Shown here: positions 30,028-40,265 of the stretch, in pieces
Position numbering within the stretch: the first letter of the stretch is position 1
Layout: each line of letters begins with the position of its first letter
NCBI RefSeq assembly: GCF_944387725.1
Contig: NZ_CALXGA010000002.1
Coordinates: forward strand, 2,602 to 66,601
Direction: 5' to 3'
Length of the DNA stretch: 64,000 bases
Source of the DNA: an uncultured Intestinimonas sp.
GTDB lineage: Bacteria > Bacillota > Clostridia > Oscillospirales > Oscillospiraceae
Position numbers and translations under genes: made by a program
The notes under the pieces: model-generated
The model's input: only the letters and a program-made list of their open reading frames with translations
Databases searched by the model: none
What the model was told of the DNA's origin: nothing

Positions 30028-31402
30028 AAAGAGAGTGCTGGATATGCCGTCCGATCCCCTGGAGAGCCCCCAGGCCAACAGCCAGCCCCAGGGGGAAAAG
30101 CCCCAGGCCAACAACCAGCCCCAAAAGAAGAACGACACCATCAGCGGCGAGAAGCTGGAGGCCGGTAAGATCGAGCTGATGAAGGTGGTCGCAGGGGTTC
30201 AGGGGGCGGAAAAACTGGCGGAGCTTCTGGACCGGGGAAAGAAGAAGGGGAAGCTCTCTTCCAGCGAGCTCATGGACGTTCTGGAGGAGCTGGACCTGGA
30301 GAGCGAGCAGCTTGACAAGATCTATGACACCATGGAGAACATGGGCATTGATACCTCCGGGGAGGACTACCTCCCTGAGCTGGTAGACGATGTGCCCCCT
30401 CTGGAGGAGATCGAGGAGATTCCCGAGGAGGAGATTGTAGACCCCAACACCCTGGTGGACTCCTTCGGCATCGACGACCCGGTGCGGATGTATCTCAAGG
30501 AGATCGGCAAGGTCAATCTGCTGACCCCGGAGGAGGAGGTCCAGCTGGCCCAGGATATGGGGGCCGGAGACGCGGCCAAGTCCCAAATGGAGGAGCTGGA
30601 GGCGGCCAAGGCCCGGGGGGAGGAGGTTTCCCTGACTCCCGAGGAGGATAAGGCGCTTAAACGGGCTGTCAAACGGGGAGAGGCCGCCAAGCAGCGCCTG
30701 GCTGAGGCCAACCTCCGGCTGGTGGTCTCCATCGCCAAGCGGTATGTGGGCCGGGGAATGCTCTTCCTGGACCTCATCCAGGAGGGTAACCTGGGCCTCA
30801 TCAAGGCCGTGGAAAAGTTCGACTACACCAAGGGCTATAAATTCTCCACCTATGCAACCTGGTGGATTCGCCAGGCCATCACCCGGGCCATTGCAGACCA
30901 GGCCCGGACCATCCGCATCCCCGTCCATATGGTGGAGACCATCAACAAGGTTATCAGAGTCTCCCGTCAGCTTCTCCAGGAGCTGGGACACGATCCCTCC
31001 CCGGAGGAGATCTCCGAGGAGATGAACATGCCGGTGGACAAGGTCCGGGAGATTTTGAAGATCGCCCAGGAGCCTGTGAGTCTGGAGACCCCCATTGGCG
31101 AGGAGGAGGACTCCCATTTGGGAGACTTCATCCCGGACGAGGACGCCTCCGAGCCCTCTGAGGCCGCCAGCTACACCCTCCTCAAGGAGCAGCTCATCGA
31201 CGTGCTGGACACCTTGACCCCCAGGGAGGAGAAGGTCCTCAAGCTCCGCTTCGGCCTGGAGGATGGCCGGACCCGCACCCTGGAGGAGGTGGGCAAGGAG
31301 TTCAACGTCACCCGGGAGCGCATCCGCCAGATCGAGGCCAAGGCCCTCCGTAAGCTCCGCCACCCCAGCCGGAGCAAGAAACTCAAGGACTTTCTGAACT
31401 GA
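30020..31402 (+). CDS. rpoD: Primary sigma factor SigA/RpoD
   Basis: [41 protein letters not shown]. Confidence 0.97.
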   Translation: MSEKRVLDMPSDPLESPQANSQPQGEKPQANNQPQKKNDTISGEKLEAGKIELMKVVAGVQGAEKLAELLDRGKKKGKLSSSELMDVLEELDLESEQLDKIYDTMENMGIDTSGEDYLPELVDDVPPLEEIEEIPEEEIVDPNTLVDSFGIDDPVRMYLKEIGKVNLLTPEEEVQLAQDMGAGDAAKSQMEELEAAKARGEEVSLTPEEDKALKRAVKRGEAAKQRLAEANLRLVVSIAKRYVGRGMLFLDLIQEGNLGLIKAVEKFDYTKGYKFSTYATWWIRQAITRAIADQARTIRIPVHMVETINKVIRVSRQLLQELGHDPSPEEISEEMNMPVDKVREILKIAQEPVSLETPIGEEEDSHLGDFIPDEDASEPSEAASYTLLKEQLIDVLDTLTPREEKVLKLRFGLEDGRTRTLEEVGKEFNVTRERIRQIEAKALRKLRHPSRSKKLKDFLN

Positions 31403-31415
31403 GAGTGGATCGCGT

Positions 31416-31880
31416 ATGGAAATCCGTTTTTACGACCAGGCGCTGGACAGCGACCTGAAATTTGCCGTGGTGGCAGCCCGGGTGGGGAGCCGGTGGCTCC
31501 TCTGCCGCCACCAGGACCGGTCCACCTGGGAGTTTCCGGGCGGGCACCGGGAGACGGGGGAGGATATCTACAGCGCCGCCTTGCGGGAGCTGTGGGAGGA
31601 GACCGGCGTCACCGAATGCCAGTTGGAGCCCGTGGCGGCCTACGGTCTCTTCCAGGAGGGGGAGGAGCCCTCCTTTGGGGCCCTCTTTTTCGCGGAGGTC
31701 CGGGAACTGGGGGAACGGCCGTCCGGATTTGAGATCGCGGAGAACCGTTGCATGGATGGCCTGCCGGAGGAGATGACCTACCCGGAGATTCAGCCCGCCC
31801 TGATGGGACAGGTTCAGGCGTGGCTGGCTGGGGGCGGCTTCCGTTCTGAGGAAGAAGACCTGATGGAGCTGCTCTTTTAG
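31416..31880 (+). CDS. Nudix hydrolase
   Basis: GGHRETGEDIYSAALRELWEETG Nudix box. Confidence 0.9.
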   Translation: MEIRFYDQALDSDLKFAVVAARVGSRWLLCRHQDRSTWEFPGGHRETGEDIYSAALRELWEETGVTECQLEPVAAYGLFQEGEEPSFGALFFAEVRELGERPSGFEIAENRCMDGLPEEMTYPEIQPALMGQVQAWLAGGGFRSEEEDLMELLF

Positions 31881-31979
31881 CTGCCCCGGGGTGGAGAGCT
31901 GGAAAGGGTTCACATTTTATTTACAGCTCATTCAAAATTTGTCCAATCATTTTCCACTGGGGCATGGTACACTATCCAT

Positions 31980-32067
31980 GTGGTCAGGAAAGCAGAAAAA
32001 AGATTTACCCCTCCTCCTCTCTCAAAAAGAAGCGCGGGCTCGTTTCAGCGGGCCCGCGCTTCTTTTT
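31980..32067 (+). ncRNA. Candidate small RNA A
   Basis: Extended -10 TGgTACACT (31965-31973), CU-rich CCCCTCCTCCTCTC, strong terminator 32024-32067. Confidence 0.4.
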
Positions 32068-32106
32068 ACCGGTACTTTGCAGAGAGGCAGCCGTTTTCTT
32101 CGGACG

Positions 32107-32240
32107 AGGGTTTGTTTGAAAAATAGCAATGTACCCAGCGGTGAGGAATTTTGGGTTTCTAACAAGCAATTTTTTACAGGAATCGGGACGGAACAAAAAG
32201 AAAACCGCAAAAATCCAAAAACTTTACACATTTGAAACAT
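32107..32240. mobile_element. Degenerate MITE copy (reverse orientation)
   Basis: AGGGTTTGTTTGAAAAAT...CAAGCAATTTTTTACAGGAATC aligns by eye to the reverse complement of copy 1; right end eroded. Confidence 0.6.
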
Positions 32241-32281
32241 CTTCTCCCTTCTTCTTTAATATCTTTCCCTTATGATAGAAC

Positions 32282-32375
32282 ATGCAAGGGACAGTTTCTT
32301 CGTTTCATTGTATCCTCTTTCCTTTTTGGCAGCGGGCCGGACGTCAGGAGCAGGCGTTCGGCCCGCTGCCATTTC
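32282..32375 (+). ncRNA. Candidate small RNA B
   Basis: TATGAT at 32271, CU-rich TATCCTCTTTCCTTTTT, 12-bp GC hairpin 32328-32370. Confidence 0.35.
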
Positions 32376-32471
32376 CATGCGGTTTTTTCCGGTATTTCTT
32401 GCAATTCCCTCTCTGTCATCTTATAATGGAGCCGGTTCGATACTCTGTGTTTCATAGGGAGGAATACACAC

Positions 32472-33662
32472 ATGAAAGAGCTGTCACAGATTGCCGCTGG
32501 AGTCCAGGCCTCCACCACCCTGGCCATTGACGCCATGTTCAAGCAGATGAAAGCGGACGGGGTGGACGTCATCGGCTTTGGAGCGGGAGAGCCAGACTTT
32601 AATACGCCGGACCACATCAAAGAGGCGGGGAAGGCCGCCATCCGGGAGAACTTCACCCGCTATACCCCCACCGCCGGCATTCTGGATTTGCGTCAGGCTG
32701 TCTGTGACCGGCTCCGGGCCGACTGCGGCCTAGACTACCAGCCCAGCCAGATCGTGGTGGGCAGCGGCGCCAAGCACTCCCTGTACGGCGCTCTCCGGGC
32801 CCTGGTAAATCCAGGAGACGAGGTCATCATTCCCGCGCCCTACTGGGTGAGCTATTACGAGATGGTCCGCATGGTGGGGGGCGTCCCCGTCATTGTCACC
32901 GCCCAGGAGTCCGCCGGCTTCAAGCTCACGCCGGAGCAGCTCTCCGCAGCGGTGACCACCAGGACCAAGGCCGTCCTGCTCAACAATCCCTCCAACCCCA
33001 CCGGCATGGTCTACAGCCCCGAAGAGCTCCAGGCCCTGGCCGGCGTCTGTGTTGAGCGGGACCTCTACGTCATCGCCGACGAAATCTACTACCGCCTGGT
33101 CTATGATGGACGGAGCTTTACCAGCTTCGCCGCACTGGGGGAGGACGTCAAAGCGCGTACCATCGTTATCAACGGTGTCTCCAAGTCCTACGCAATGACC
33201 GGCTGGCGGGTGGGCTATGCCGCCGCGCCGGAGGCCATCGCCAAGGTAATCTCCAACTACCAGAGCCATTCCGCCGGAGCAGCCTGCTCCATCGCCCAGA
33301 AGGCCGCTGTGGCCGCCCTGGCCAGTCCCCAGGACGCAGTGGAGACCATGCGCCAGGCCTTCGAGGCCCGCAGAGACCACCTGGTGGAACGGATGAACGC
33401 CATCCCCGGCGTGAGCTGCCTCAAGCCCCAGGGGGCGTTCTATGTCATGATGAACCTCAGGGCGCTCTTGGGAAAGGAGCTCCATGGAACCGTTATCCAG
33501 AACGCGGACGACTTTGCCGACGCCTTTCTGAAGCATGGCCTGGTGGCTACAGTGCCTGGTACCGGCTTTGGCGCACCGGAATTCGTCCGCTGGTCCTACG
33601 CTACCTCCATGGAGAACATCGACGCAGGTCTGGACCGGCTGGAGCGTTTTTTGCAGGGCTGA
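32472..33662 (+). CDS. Class I PLP aminotransferase (aspartate aminotransferase type)
   Basis: GEPDF, NPSNPTG, DEIY, SKSYAMTGWRVG; promoter TTGCAA-17-TATAAT at 32399-32427. Confidence 0.92.
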   Translation: MKELSQIAAGVQASTTLAIDAMFKQMKADGVDVIGFGAGEPDFNTPDHIKEAGKAAIRENFTRYTPTAGILDLRQAVCDRLRADCGLDYQPSQIVVGSGAKHSLYGALRALVNPGDEVIIPAPYWVSYYEMVRMVGGVPVIVTAQESAGFKLTPEQLSAAVTTRTKAVLLNNPSNPTGMVYSPEELQALAGVCVERDLYVIADEIYYRLVYDGRSFTSFAALGEDVKARTIVINGVSKSYAMTGWRVGYAAAPEAIAKVISNYQSHSAGAACSIAQKAAVAALASPQDAVETMRQAFEARRDHLVERMNAIPGVSCLKPQGAFYVMMNLRALLGKELHGTVIQNADDFADAFLKHGLVATVPGTGFGAPEFVRWSYATSMENIDAGLDRLERFLQG

Positions 33663-33820
33663 GGCCCACAGCGGAAAGGAGAGGGGAGGGGCGGCTTCTC
33701 TCCCCTCCGGCAGAAGGGAATGCAAAAACTGGTGATATCTTCGGAGCGGACCTTGTGTCCGCTCCATTTTTATGGTATGATGCTTTTCAGTGAAAGTGCT
33801 GTGACAGGAGGCTGTGCCCA

Positions 33821-35260
33821 ATGCGCAATACCAAGATTTATGAAAGCCCGCTCTCCTCCCGCTATGCCAGCGAGGAGATGCTTGCCCTCTTTTCCCCGGA
33901 CAAGAAGTTTACCACCTGGCGGCGGCTCTGGGTAGCCCTGGCCCGGGCCGAGATGGAACTGGGGCTCCCGGTGACCCAGGAGCAGGTGGACGAGCTGGAG
34001 GCCCATGTAACCGACATCAACTACGATGTGGCAGCCGCCGAGGAGAAGCGGCTCCGCCATGACGTCATGGCCCATGTTCACGCCTACGGCGCCCAGTGCC
34101 CAAAAGCCATGCCCATCATCCACCTGGGGGCGACCAGCTGCTATGTGGGGGACAACACTGACATCATTCTTATGCGGGAGGGCCTGGAGCTGATCCGGGA
34201 TAAGCTGGTGCGGGTGCTCCATACGCTGTCCCTCTTTGCTGACAAGCATAAGTCCCTTCCAACCCTTGGATTTACACACTTTCAACCCGCCCAGCTTGTG
34301 ACTGTTGGCAAACGTGCCGCCCTCTGGATGAACGAGCTTTTGATGGACCTGGAGGAGGTGGAGTACCGCATTTCCACCTTGAAGCTGTTGGGCTCCAAGG
34401 GGACCACCGGCACCCAGGCCAGCTTTCTGGAGCTTTTCGACGGGGACCATGAGAAGGTGAAGCTCCTGGAGGCAAAGATTGCAAAGGAAATGGGCTTTAC
34501 AGAAGTTGTACCTGTCTCTGGCCAGACTTATTCCAGAAAAGTGGACGCCAATGTCCTGGCCGCACTCTCTGGAATCGCCCAGTCGGCCAGCAAGTTCGCC
34601 ACCGACCTGCGGCTGCTATGCCACCTCAAGGAGGTGGAGGAGCCCTTTGAGAAAAATCAGATTGGATCTTCGGCCATGCCCTACAAGCGCAACCCCATGC
34701 GGTGCGAGCGCATCTGCTCCCTGGCCCGGTACGTCATTGTAGACGCCGGAAACCCGGCTGTCACCGCCGCCACCCAGTGGTTTGAGCGGACCCTGGATGA
34801 CTCGGCCAACAAGCGCATCTCGATACCCGAGGCATTCCTGGCGGCGGACGCCATTTTGAACATCTATGAAAACGTCTGCTCCGGTCTGGTGGTCCACGAG
34901 AAGGTCATCCGCCGCCACATTTTGGAGGAGCTGCCCTTCATGGCCTCAGAGAACATCATGATGGACGCGGTGAAGCGGGGAGGGGACCGTCAGGAACTCC
35001 ACGAGCGCATTCGGGTACTCTCTCAGGAGGCCGGCCGGAACGTGAAGGACCTAGGTCTGGACAACAACCTCATCGACCTCATCGCGGCGGACCCCACCTT
35101 TGGCATGAGCCGGGAGGAGCTCACCGCCCATCTGGAGCCGGAGCGCTATATTGGCCGCTGCCCGGAGCAGGTGACGGAATTTCTGACTCAGCACATCCAG
35201 CCGGTGCTGGACAAATACCCGGAAGCCCTTCAGGGCGCGGACGTGGACCTCAAGGTATAA
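33821..35260 (+). CDS. purB: Adenylosuccinate lyase
   Basis: RHDVMAH, GFTHFQPAQ, GSSAMPYKRNP. Confidence 0.96.
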   Translation: MRNTKIYESPLSSRYASEEMLALFSPDKKFTTWRRLWVALARAEMELGLPVTQEQVDELEAHVTDINYDVAAAEEKRLRHDVMAHVHAYGAQCPKAMPIIHLGATSCYVGDNTDIILMREGLELIRDKLVRVLHTLSLFADKHKSLPTLGFTHFQPAQLVTVGKRAALWMNELLMDLEEVEYRISTLKLLGSKGTTGTQASFLELFDGDHEKVKLLEAKIAKEMGFTEVVPVSGQTYSRKVDANVLAALSGIAQSASKFATDLRLLCHLKEVEEPFEKNQIGSSAMPYKRNPMRCERICSLARYVIVDAGNPAVTAATQWFERTLDDSANKRISIPEAFLAADAILNIYENVCSGLVVHEKVIRRHILEELPFMASENIMMDAVKRGGDRQELHERIRVLSQEAGRNVKDLGLDNNLIDLIAADPTFGMSREELTAHLEPERYIGRCPEQVTEFLTQHIQPVLDKYPEALQGADVDLKV

Positions 35261-35289
35261 GCAATCAAAAATAGAGAAGGGAGTGCGTC

Positions 35290-36273
35290 ATGATGTCTAA
35301 TGCAGTAAACAGGATCGGAGTCTTTACCAGCGGGGGAGACGCCCCCGGCATGAACGCTGTCATCCGCTCGGTGGTCCGTACCTCGGTCCATATGGGCATC
35401 GAGTGCATCGGCATCCGCCGGGGCTACAACGGCCTGGTTCACGGGGATTTCATCCCCCTGGACTTTGACAGCGTCAGCGGGCTGAGCCGCCGGGGCGGCA
35501 CCATGCTCTACTCCGCCCGCAGCGAGGACTTCAAAACCGATGCCGGGCAGGAGAAGGCGGTGGCCACCTGCAAGCTGCTGGGTCTGGACGGCGTGGTGGG
35601 CATCGGTGGAGACGGCACCTTCCGGGGATTGCTGGCGCTCTCCCGGCGGGGCATTGCTGTGGTGGGGGTGCCGGGCACCATTGACAACGACATCGCCTGT
35701 TCCACCTATACCATCGGCTTTGACACCGCCTGTAACACCGCCCTGGAGTCCACGGACAGGCTGCGGGACACCATGCAGTCCCACGAGCGCTGCTCTGTGG
35801 TGGAGGTGATGGGCCGCCACGCCGGCCACCTGGCCCTCTATGTGGGGGTAGCCTGTGGAGCCACCTGCGTCTTGGTCCCGGAGCGGGAGGTGAACTTTGA
35901 GCGGGATGTCATCGAGCCCATTCGGAAGTCCCGTCTGGGCGGGCGGACCCACTTTATGGTCATTGTGGCCGAGGGAGTGGGGAGTGCCTATGATGTGGCC
36001 AAGAAAATCACAGAAATCACCGCCCTGGACACCCGGGTCACTGTGCTGGGCCATGTCCAGCGGGGAGGCGCTCCCACCGCCCGGGACCGGGTGGCGGCTA
36101 CTTATATGGGCTATGAGGCTGTGCGGCTTCTGGCGGAAGGGAAGACCAACCGGGTGGTCTGCGTCCAGGGAGAGACCTATGTGGACTATGACATCAACGA
36201 GGCTCTGGAGATGAAAAAGGGCCTGGACGAGCAGACCTACACCGTCATGCGGGCGCTGACGGGGGTGGAATGA
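35290..36273 (+). CDS. pfkA: ATP-dependent 6-phosphofructokinase
   Basis: TSGGDAPGMN, GGDG, PGTIDND, MGR. Confidence 0.95.
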   Translation: MMSNAVNRIGVFTSGGDAPGMNAVIRSVVRTSVHMGIECIGIRRGYNGLVHGDFIPLDFDSVSGLSRRGGTMLYSARSEDFKTDAGQEKAVATCKLLGLDGVVGIGGDGTFRGLLALSRRGIAVVGVPGTIDNDIACSTYTIGFDTACNTALESTDRLRDTMQSHERCSVVEVMGRHAGHLALYVGVACGATCVLVPEREVNFERDVIEPIRKSRLGGRTHFMVIVAEGVGSAYDVAKKITEITALDTRVTVLGHVQRGGAPTARDRVAATYMGYEAVRLLAEGKTNRVVCVQGETYVDYDINEALEMKKGLDEQTYTVMRALTGVE

Positions 36274-36285
36274 GATTTCCAGGAA

Positions 36286-36669
36286 ATGAAAATAAGAAGT
36301 GTTTACACATGCCCGCTTGAGCTGACCCACGATATGATGAAAGGGAAGTGGAAGCCGATCATTGTGTGGCGCCTTCGGCTGGGTCCAACCTCTCTGTCCA
36401 AGCTGGAGCATGACATTGAAGGCATTACGCAGAAAATGCTGCTCCAGCATCTCAAGGAATTGATGGCGCTTGGCTTTGTGGGGAAAACCGTCTATGAGGG
36501 CTATCCGCTGAAGGTCGAATATTTTCTGACAAGCCCGCAGGGGGAAAAGCTGCTGTCCGCCTTGAAAATCATGCAGGAGATTGGCATTGACTACATGCTT
36601 GGGCATGGGATGCTGGATGAATTGGAGGCAAGGGGCTTTTGCCTGAGATACCCACAAAAAAGTAAGTAA
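36286..36669 (+). CDS. HxlR-family transcriptional regulator
   Basis: CPLE, GKWK, ITQKML, PLKVEYFLT. Confidence 0.9.
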   Translation: MKIRSVYTCPLELTHDMMKGKWKPIIVWRLRLGPTSLSKLEHDIEGITQKMLLQHLKELMALGFVGKTVYEGYPLKVEYFLTSPQGEKLLSALKIMQEIGIDYMLGHGMLDELEARGFCLRYPQKSK

Positions 36670-36733
36670 TTTACAGACTCTCTCGATACTGATATAATGG
36701 CCCCGTCTCAAAACGTGATGGAGGTATGACCTT

Positions 36734-37237
36734 ATGAAAGTTGTCAGTGCCGGAATCAAAAACGGCGTCATCGAAGACAAGTATGGCAAGCATGGAGACC
36801 ACTTTAATCAGAATGGCGTGCCCACCTGGTCGCTGCCCTTTGAAATTCTGGATGCACCGGAACATGCAAAGAGCTTCGCGGTCCTCCTGGAGGACAAGGA
36901 TGCCTACCCGGTCAGCGGGGGCTTCTCCTGGGTGCACTGGCTGGCCGCCAATATTACCCGCCGGAAGATCGAGGAAAATGAAAGTCAGATCGCCACTGAC
37001 TTCGTGCAGGGCGTAAACAGCTGGATTAGTATCCAGGGAGGGCAGCAGAGCAAGGAGCTCTCCTCGTTTTACGGGGGGATGGCGCCGCCAAACGAGCCGC
37101 ATCTGTATGAGCTGCATGTCTATGCGCTGGATACCATGCTGGATCTGAACAATGGTTTTATGCTCAATGATCTGTTCCATGCCATGGAAGGGCACATTTT
37201 GGATCAGTACACACTTAAAGGAGAATATCGAAATTGA
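36734..37237 (+). CDS. YbhB/YbcL (PEBP/RKIP-like) protein
   Basis: EDKDA, WVHW, YGGMAPP, HLYELHVYALD. Confidence 0.9.
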   Translation: MKVVSAGIKNGVIEDKYGKHGDHFNQNGVPTWSLPFEILDAPEHAKSFAVLLEDKDAYPVSGGFSWVHWLAANITRRKIEENESQIATDFVQGVNSWISIQGGQQSKELSSFYGGMAPPNEPHLYELHVYALDTMLDLNNGFMLNDLFHAMEGHILDQYTLKGEYRN

Positions 37238-37524
37238 GCACCCTGGAAGCTGTCATGCTGATTTGCTTTGGAGCCGCCTGGCCGTTTTCCATCTATCGGT
37301 CCGCCACATCAAAATCGACCAATGGCAAAAGCCTTGCCTTTTTGCTGGTGCTGATTCTGGGATATCTTGCGGGCATTTTGAATAAGATTTATTTCAACTA
37401 TGATGTGGTTCTGTATCTGTATATTCTGAACCTGATAATGGTCTCCACGGACGCCCTGCTCTGGCTCCGCAACAGAAGATTGGAAAAGCTCCGTCACACA
37501 CAAGACAGTCCAGTCACAAAATGA
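37234..37524 (+). CDS. Small PQ-loop/SemiSWEET-like membrane protein
   Basis: CFGAAWPFSI, TNGKS, three hydrophobic segments. Confidence 0.7.
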   Translation: MSTLEAVMLICFGAAWPFSIYRSATSKSTNGKSLAFLLVLILGYLAGILNKIYFNYDVVLYLYILNLIMVSTDALLWLRNRRLEKLRHTQDSPVTK

Positions 37525-37528
37525 GCTC

Positions 37529-37578
37529 AAAAAGCGCCACGAAGAAGTGCGATCACCGCATCTCTTCGTGGCGCTTTT
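37529..37578. terminator. Bidirectional terminator
   Basis: AAAAGCGCCACGAAGA...TCTTCGTGGCGCTTTT between convergent genes. Confidence 0.75.
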
Positions 37579-37619
37579 ATCATGCGTATTGGGAGTCTTA
37601 TTGGGATTGACGCACAGCT

Positions 37620-38861
37620 TTACACAGAGGCCAGGACCTTTTTCAGCTTGGCAAAGCGGGGGAGGGAGTGCTCCTTGGGCCGGTCCGGCTCCCCTTGAAT
37701 GAGGGGAAGCACATAGTCGATGAAGGGCTGCTCCACGCCGTTGCCCGCGGCGTTGATCCACTCCCGGGGCACCTTTTTCTCCACGTTGGCCACGATGTCC
37801 AGGGGCTGGAGGACCGCCTTGCAGGTGTATTTACCGTTGTCCCGCGTACACTCGAACGCCACCATCTTGTCGGTCTCGCCGGCCACAGCAGACTCCACAG
37901 CTACACGGCCGGCCATTTTGGCCTCCTCCACGTCGGTGTGGGAAGCCAGATGGGACCCGCAGCGCTGGAGCAGAGAGAGTTCAATGCCCCGGACCTTGGC
38001 GCCGGTGCGCTGCTTGATAAGATCGGCCAGCTTTACCGCCAGGCCGCCCAGCTGAGCGTGGCCGAAGCCGTCGGTGGCGGAGGTCTCCGCCTCGGAGACA
38101 AAGCGGCCGTCGGCGTAGTGGATGCCCTCGGAGACAGCCACCATGCACTTGCCGGTCTTGTCGTAAATGGCGGTGACATCGGTAATGAACTGGTCCAGGT
38201 CGAAGTCTACCTCGGGGAGGTAGATGAGGTCGGGCCCGCAGCCGGCCCAGGTGGCCAGGGCGGCGGATCCAGCCAGCCACCCGGCGTGACGGCCCATGAT
38301 CTCGACGACGGTCACCATGCCGGTGTCGTAGACGTGGGCGTCATGCCAGACCTCCATGCAGGAGGTGGCGATATACTTGGCGGCGCTGGCAAAGCCGGGG
38401 CAGTGGTCGGTGCCGTTGAGGTCGTTGTCAATGGTTTTGGGGATGCCCATAATGCGGCACTCGTAGCCTACCTTCTGCATATACTTGGAAATCTTGTTGC
38501 AGGTGTCCATGGAATCGTTGCCGCCGTTGTAGAAGAAGTAGCGCACATCATACTTCTTGAAAATCTCCAGGATGCGCTTGTAGTCGGTGTCATCCTGGTC
38601 GGGGTCAGAGAGCTTGTAGCGGCAGGAGCCCAGGGCGGAGGAGGGGGTGTTCTGGAGCAGCTCCAGCTCCTTGGGGTCCTCCTGACCCATATCGTACAGC
38701 TTATCGTCCAGAACACCCTTAATTCCGTGAGCAGCGCCCAGCACCCGGGTGATGCAGTCGGCCTTCAGGGCCGCCTGGATCGCGCCCTGGGCGCTGGCGT
38801 TGATGACAGAAGTGGGGCCGCCGGACTGCCCGATGATGCATGCGCCTCGAAGTTCGGTCAT
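37620..38861 (-). CDS. pfp: Phosphofructokinase, probably pyrophosphate-dependent
   Basis: QSGGPT, GGNDS and PKTIDND (Asp and Lys at the positions typical of PPi-PFK). Confidence 0.85.
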   Translation of the reverse strand: MTELRGACIIGQSGGPTSVINASAQGAIQAALKADCITRVLGAAHGIKGVLDDKLYDMGQEDPKELELLQNTPSSALGSCRYKLSDPDQDDTDYKRILEIFKKYDVRYFFYNGGNDSMDTCNKISKYMQKVGYECRIMGIPKTIDNDLNGTDHCPGFASAAKYIATSCMEVWHDAHVYDTGMVTVVEIMGRHAGWLAGSAALATWAGCGPDLIYLPEVDFDLDQFITDVTAIYDKTGKCMVAVSEGIHYADGRFVSEAETSATDGFGHAQLGGLAVKLADLIKQRTGAKVRGIELSLLQRCGSHLASHTDVEEAKMAGRVAVESAVAGETDKMVAFECTRDNGKYTCKAVLQPLDIVANVEKKVPREWINAAGNGVEQPFIDYVLPLIQGEPDRPKEHSLPRFAKLKKVLASV

Positions 38862-39007
38862 GTTTGGTCCTCCAATCATACCATTCGTATCATTTTGGAA
38901 AAACTTTCATGTGAAAGTTCATTCTGCGCAAATATCATATCATAACCTCTTGCATTTATCAACTATTGCTGGTAAAATTAGAAAAGAAAAAGAGGGGACG
39001 TCCCTCT

Positions 39008-39162
39008 CGGCTTTGTTTGAAACTTGCCGGTGTGCCCGGCGGCGGGGATTTTGGCCGATGGCAGGCAGTTCCGACCCAGGAACCCCCGGATTTCAAAGGG
39101 AATTGTACTGTCCAGGGGAAAATCTGTCCATCGGACATGCTGACATCTTTCAAATGAGGCCG
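39008..39162. mobile_element. Diverged MITE copy (reverse orientation) in the fba leader
   Basis: CGGCTTTGTTTGAAA...TTTCAAATGAGGCCG ends; interior collinear with the reverse complement of copy 1. Confidence 0.7.
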
Positions 39163-39203
39163 CACGGATTCTTTGCCAAATATGATAAAAGGAGTTGAGA
39201 CAT

Positions 39204-40172
39204 ATGCCTCTGGTCACTTCAGCGGAGATGTTCAAGAAGGCCTACGACGGCGGGTATGCCATCGGTGCGTTCAATGTCAATAATATGGAGATCGTGCAGG
39301 GCATTACCGAGGCCGCCCGGGACCTGAGCGCCCCCCTGATCCTCCAGGTCTCCAAGGGGGCCCGGGCCTACGCCAACCACACCTATCTGGTGAAGCTGGT
39401 GGAGGCCGCCGTCATCGAGTGCCCCAACATTCCCATTGTGCTTCATCTGGACCACGGCCCCGACTTCGAGACCTGCAAGTCCTGTATCGACGGCGGCTTC
39501 ACCTCCGTGATGATCGACGCCTCCTCCAAGCCCTTTGCTGAAAACATCGCCATCACCAAGCAGGTGGTGGAGTACGCCCATGACCACGGTGTTGTGGTGG
39601 AGGCCGAGCTGGGCGCCCTGGCCGGGATTGAGGACGATGTGAAGGTCTCCGCCGAGGAGTCCCACTACACACACCCAGAGGAGGTGGAGGAGTTCGTCTC
39701 CAAGACGGGTTGCGACTCCCTGGCTATCGCCATCGGCACCAGCCACGGCGCCTACAAGTTCACCGCTGATCAGTGTACCCGCAATGAGAAGGGGGAGCTG
39801 GTACCCCCGCCCCTGCGCTTCGACATTTTGGAGGAGGTCTCCAAGCGTCTGCCCGGATTCCCCATCGTGCTCCACGGATCTTCCTCTGTGCCTCAGGAGT
39901 ATGTGAAGATGGTGAACGAAAACGGCGGCAAAATGCCTGACGCCGTTGGCATTCCCGAGGAGCAGCTCCGCAGGGCCGCCGCGATGTCCGTGTGCAAGAT
40001 CAATATCGACTCTGACCTTCGTCTGGCCATGACTGGCACCATTCGGAAGTTCTTCCACGATCACCCCGACAAGTTCGACCCCCGGGAGTACCTGAAGCCC
40101 GCCCGGGCCGCCATCAAGGAACTGGTGGCCCACAAAATCGTGGACGTGCTGGGCTGTGATCACAAGGCCTGA
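39204..40172 (+). CDS. fba: Class II fructose-bisphosphate aldolase
   Basis: HLDHG, VEAELG, IGTSHGAYK, VLHGSS, KINIDS; promoter TTGCAT-17-TAAAAT at 38950-38978. Confidence 0.96.
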   Translation: MPLVTSAEMFKKAYDGGYAIGAFNVNNMEIVQGITEAARDLSAPLILQVSKGARAYANHTYLVKLVEAAVIECPNIPIVLHLDHGPDFETCKSCIDGGFTSVMIDASSKPFAENIAITKQVVEYAHDHGVVVEAELGALAGIEDDVKVSAEESHYTHPEEVEEFVSKTGCDSLAIAIGTSHGAYKFTADQCTRNEKGELVPPPLRFDILEEVSKRLPGFPIVLHGSSSVPQEYVKMVNENGGKMPDAVGIPEEQLRRAAAMSVCKINIDSDLRLAMTGTIRKFFHDHPDKFDPREYLKPARAAIKELVAHKIVDVLGCDHKA

Positions 40173-40203
40173 TATATCCCAGTTTCATGGAAAATAAACA
40201 AGG

Positions 40204-40236
40204 AGCGGCGGGACCCAAGTAAGGGTCCCGCCGCTT
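40204..40236 (+). terminator. Terminator after fba
   Basis: AGCGGCGGGACCC-N5-GGGTCCCGCCGCT followed by TT. Confidence 0.7.
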
Positions 40237-40265
40237 TCGTCGGCAGGGGAGGGGAGAGGCCCTGT

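Noticed and set aside
30064-30130. Short tandem duplication ([16 protein letters not shown]) in the rpoD N-terminus
   Set aside because: In-frame low-complexity region with no sign of a switch.
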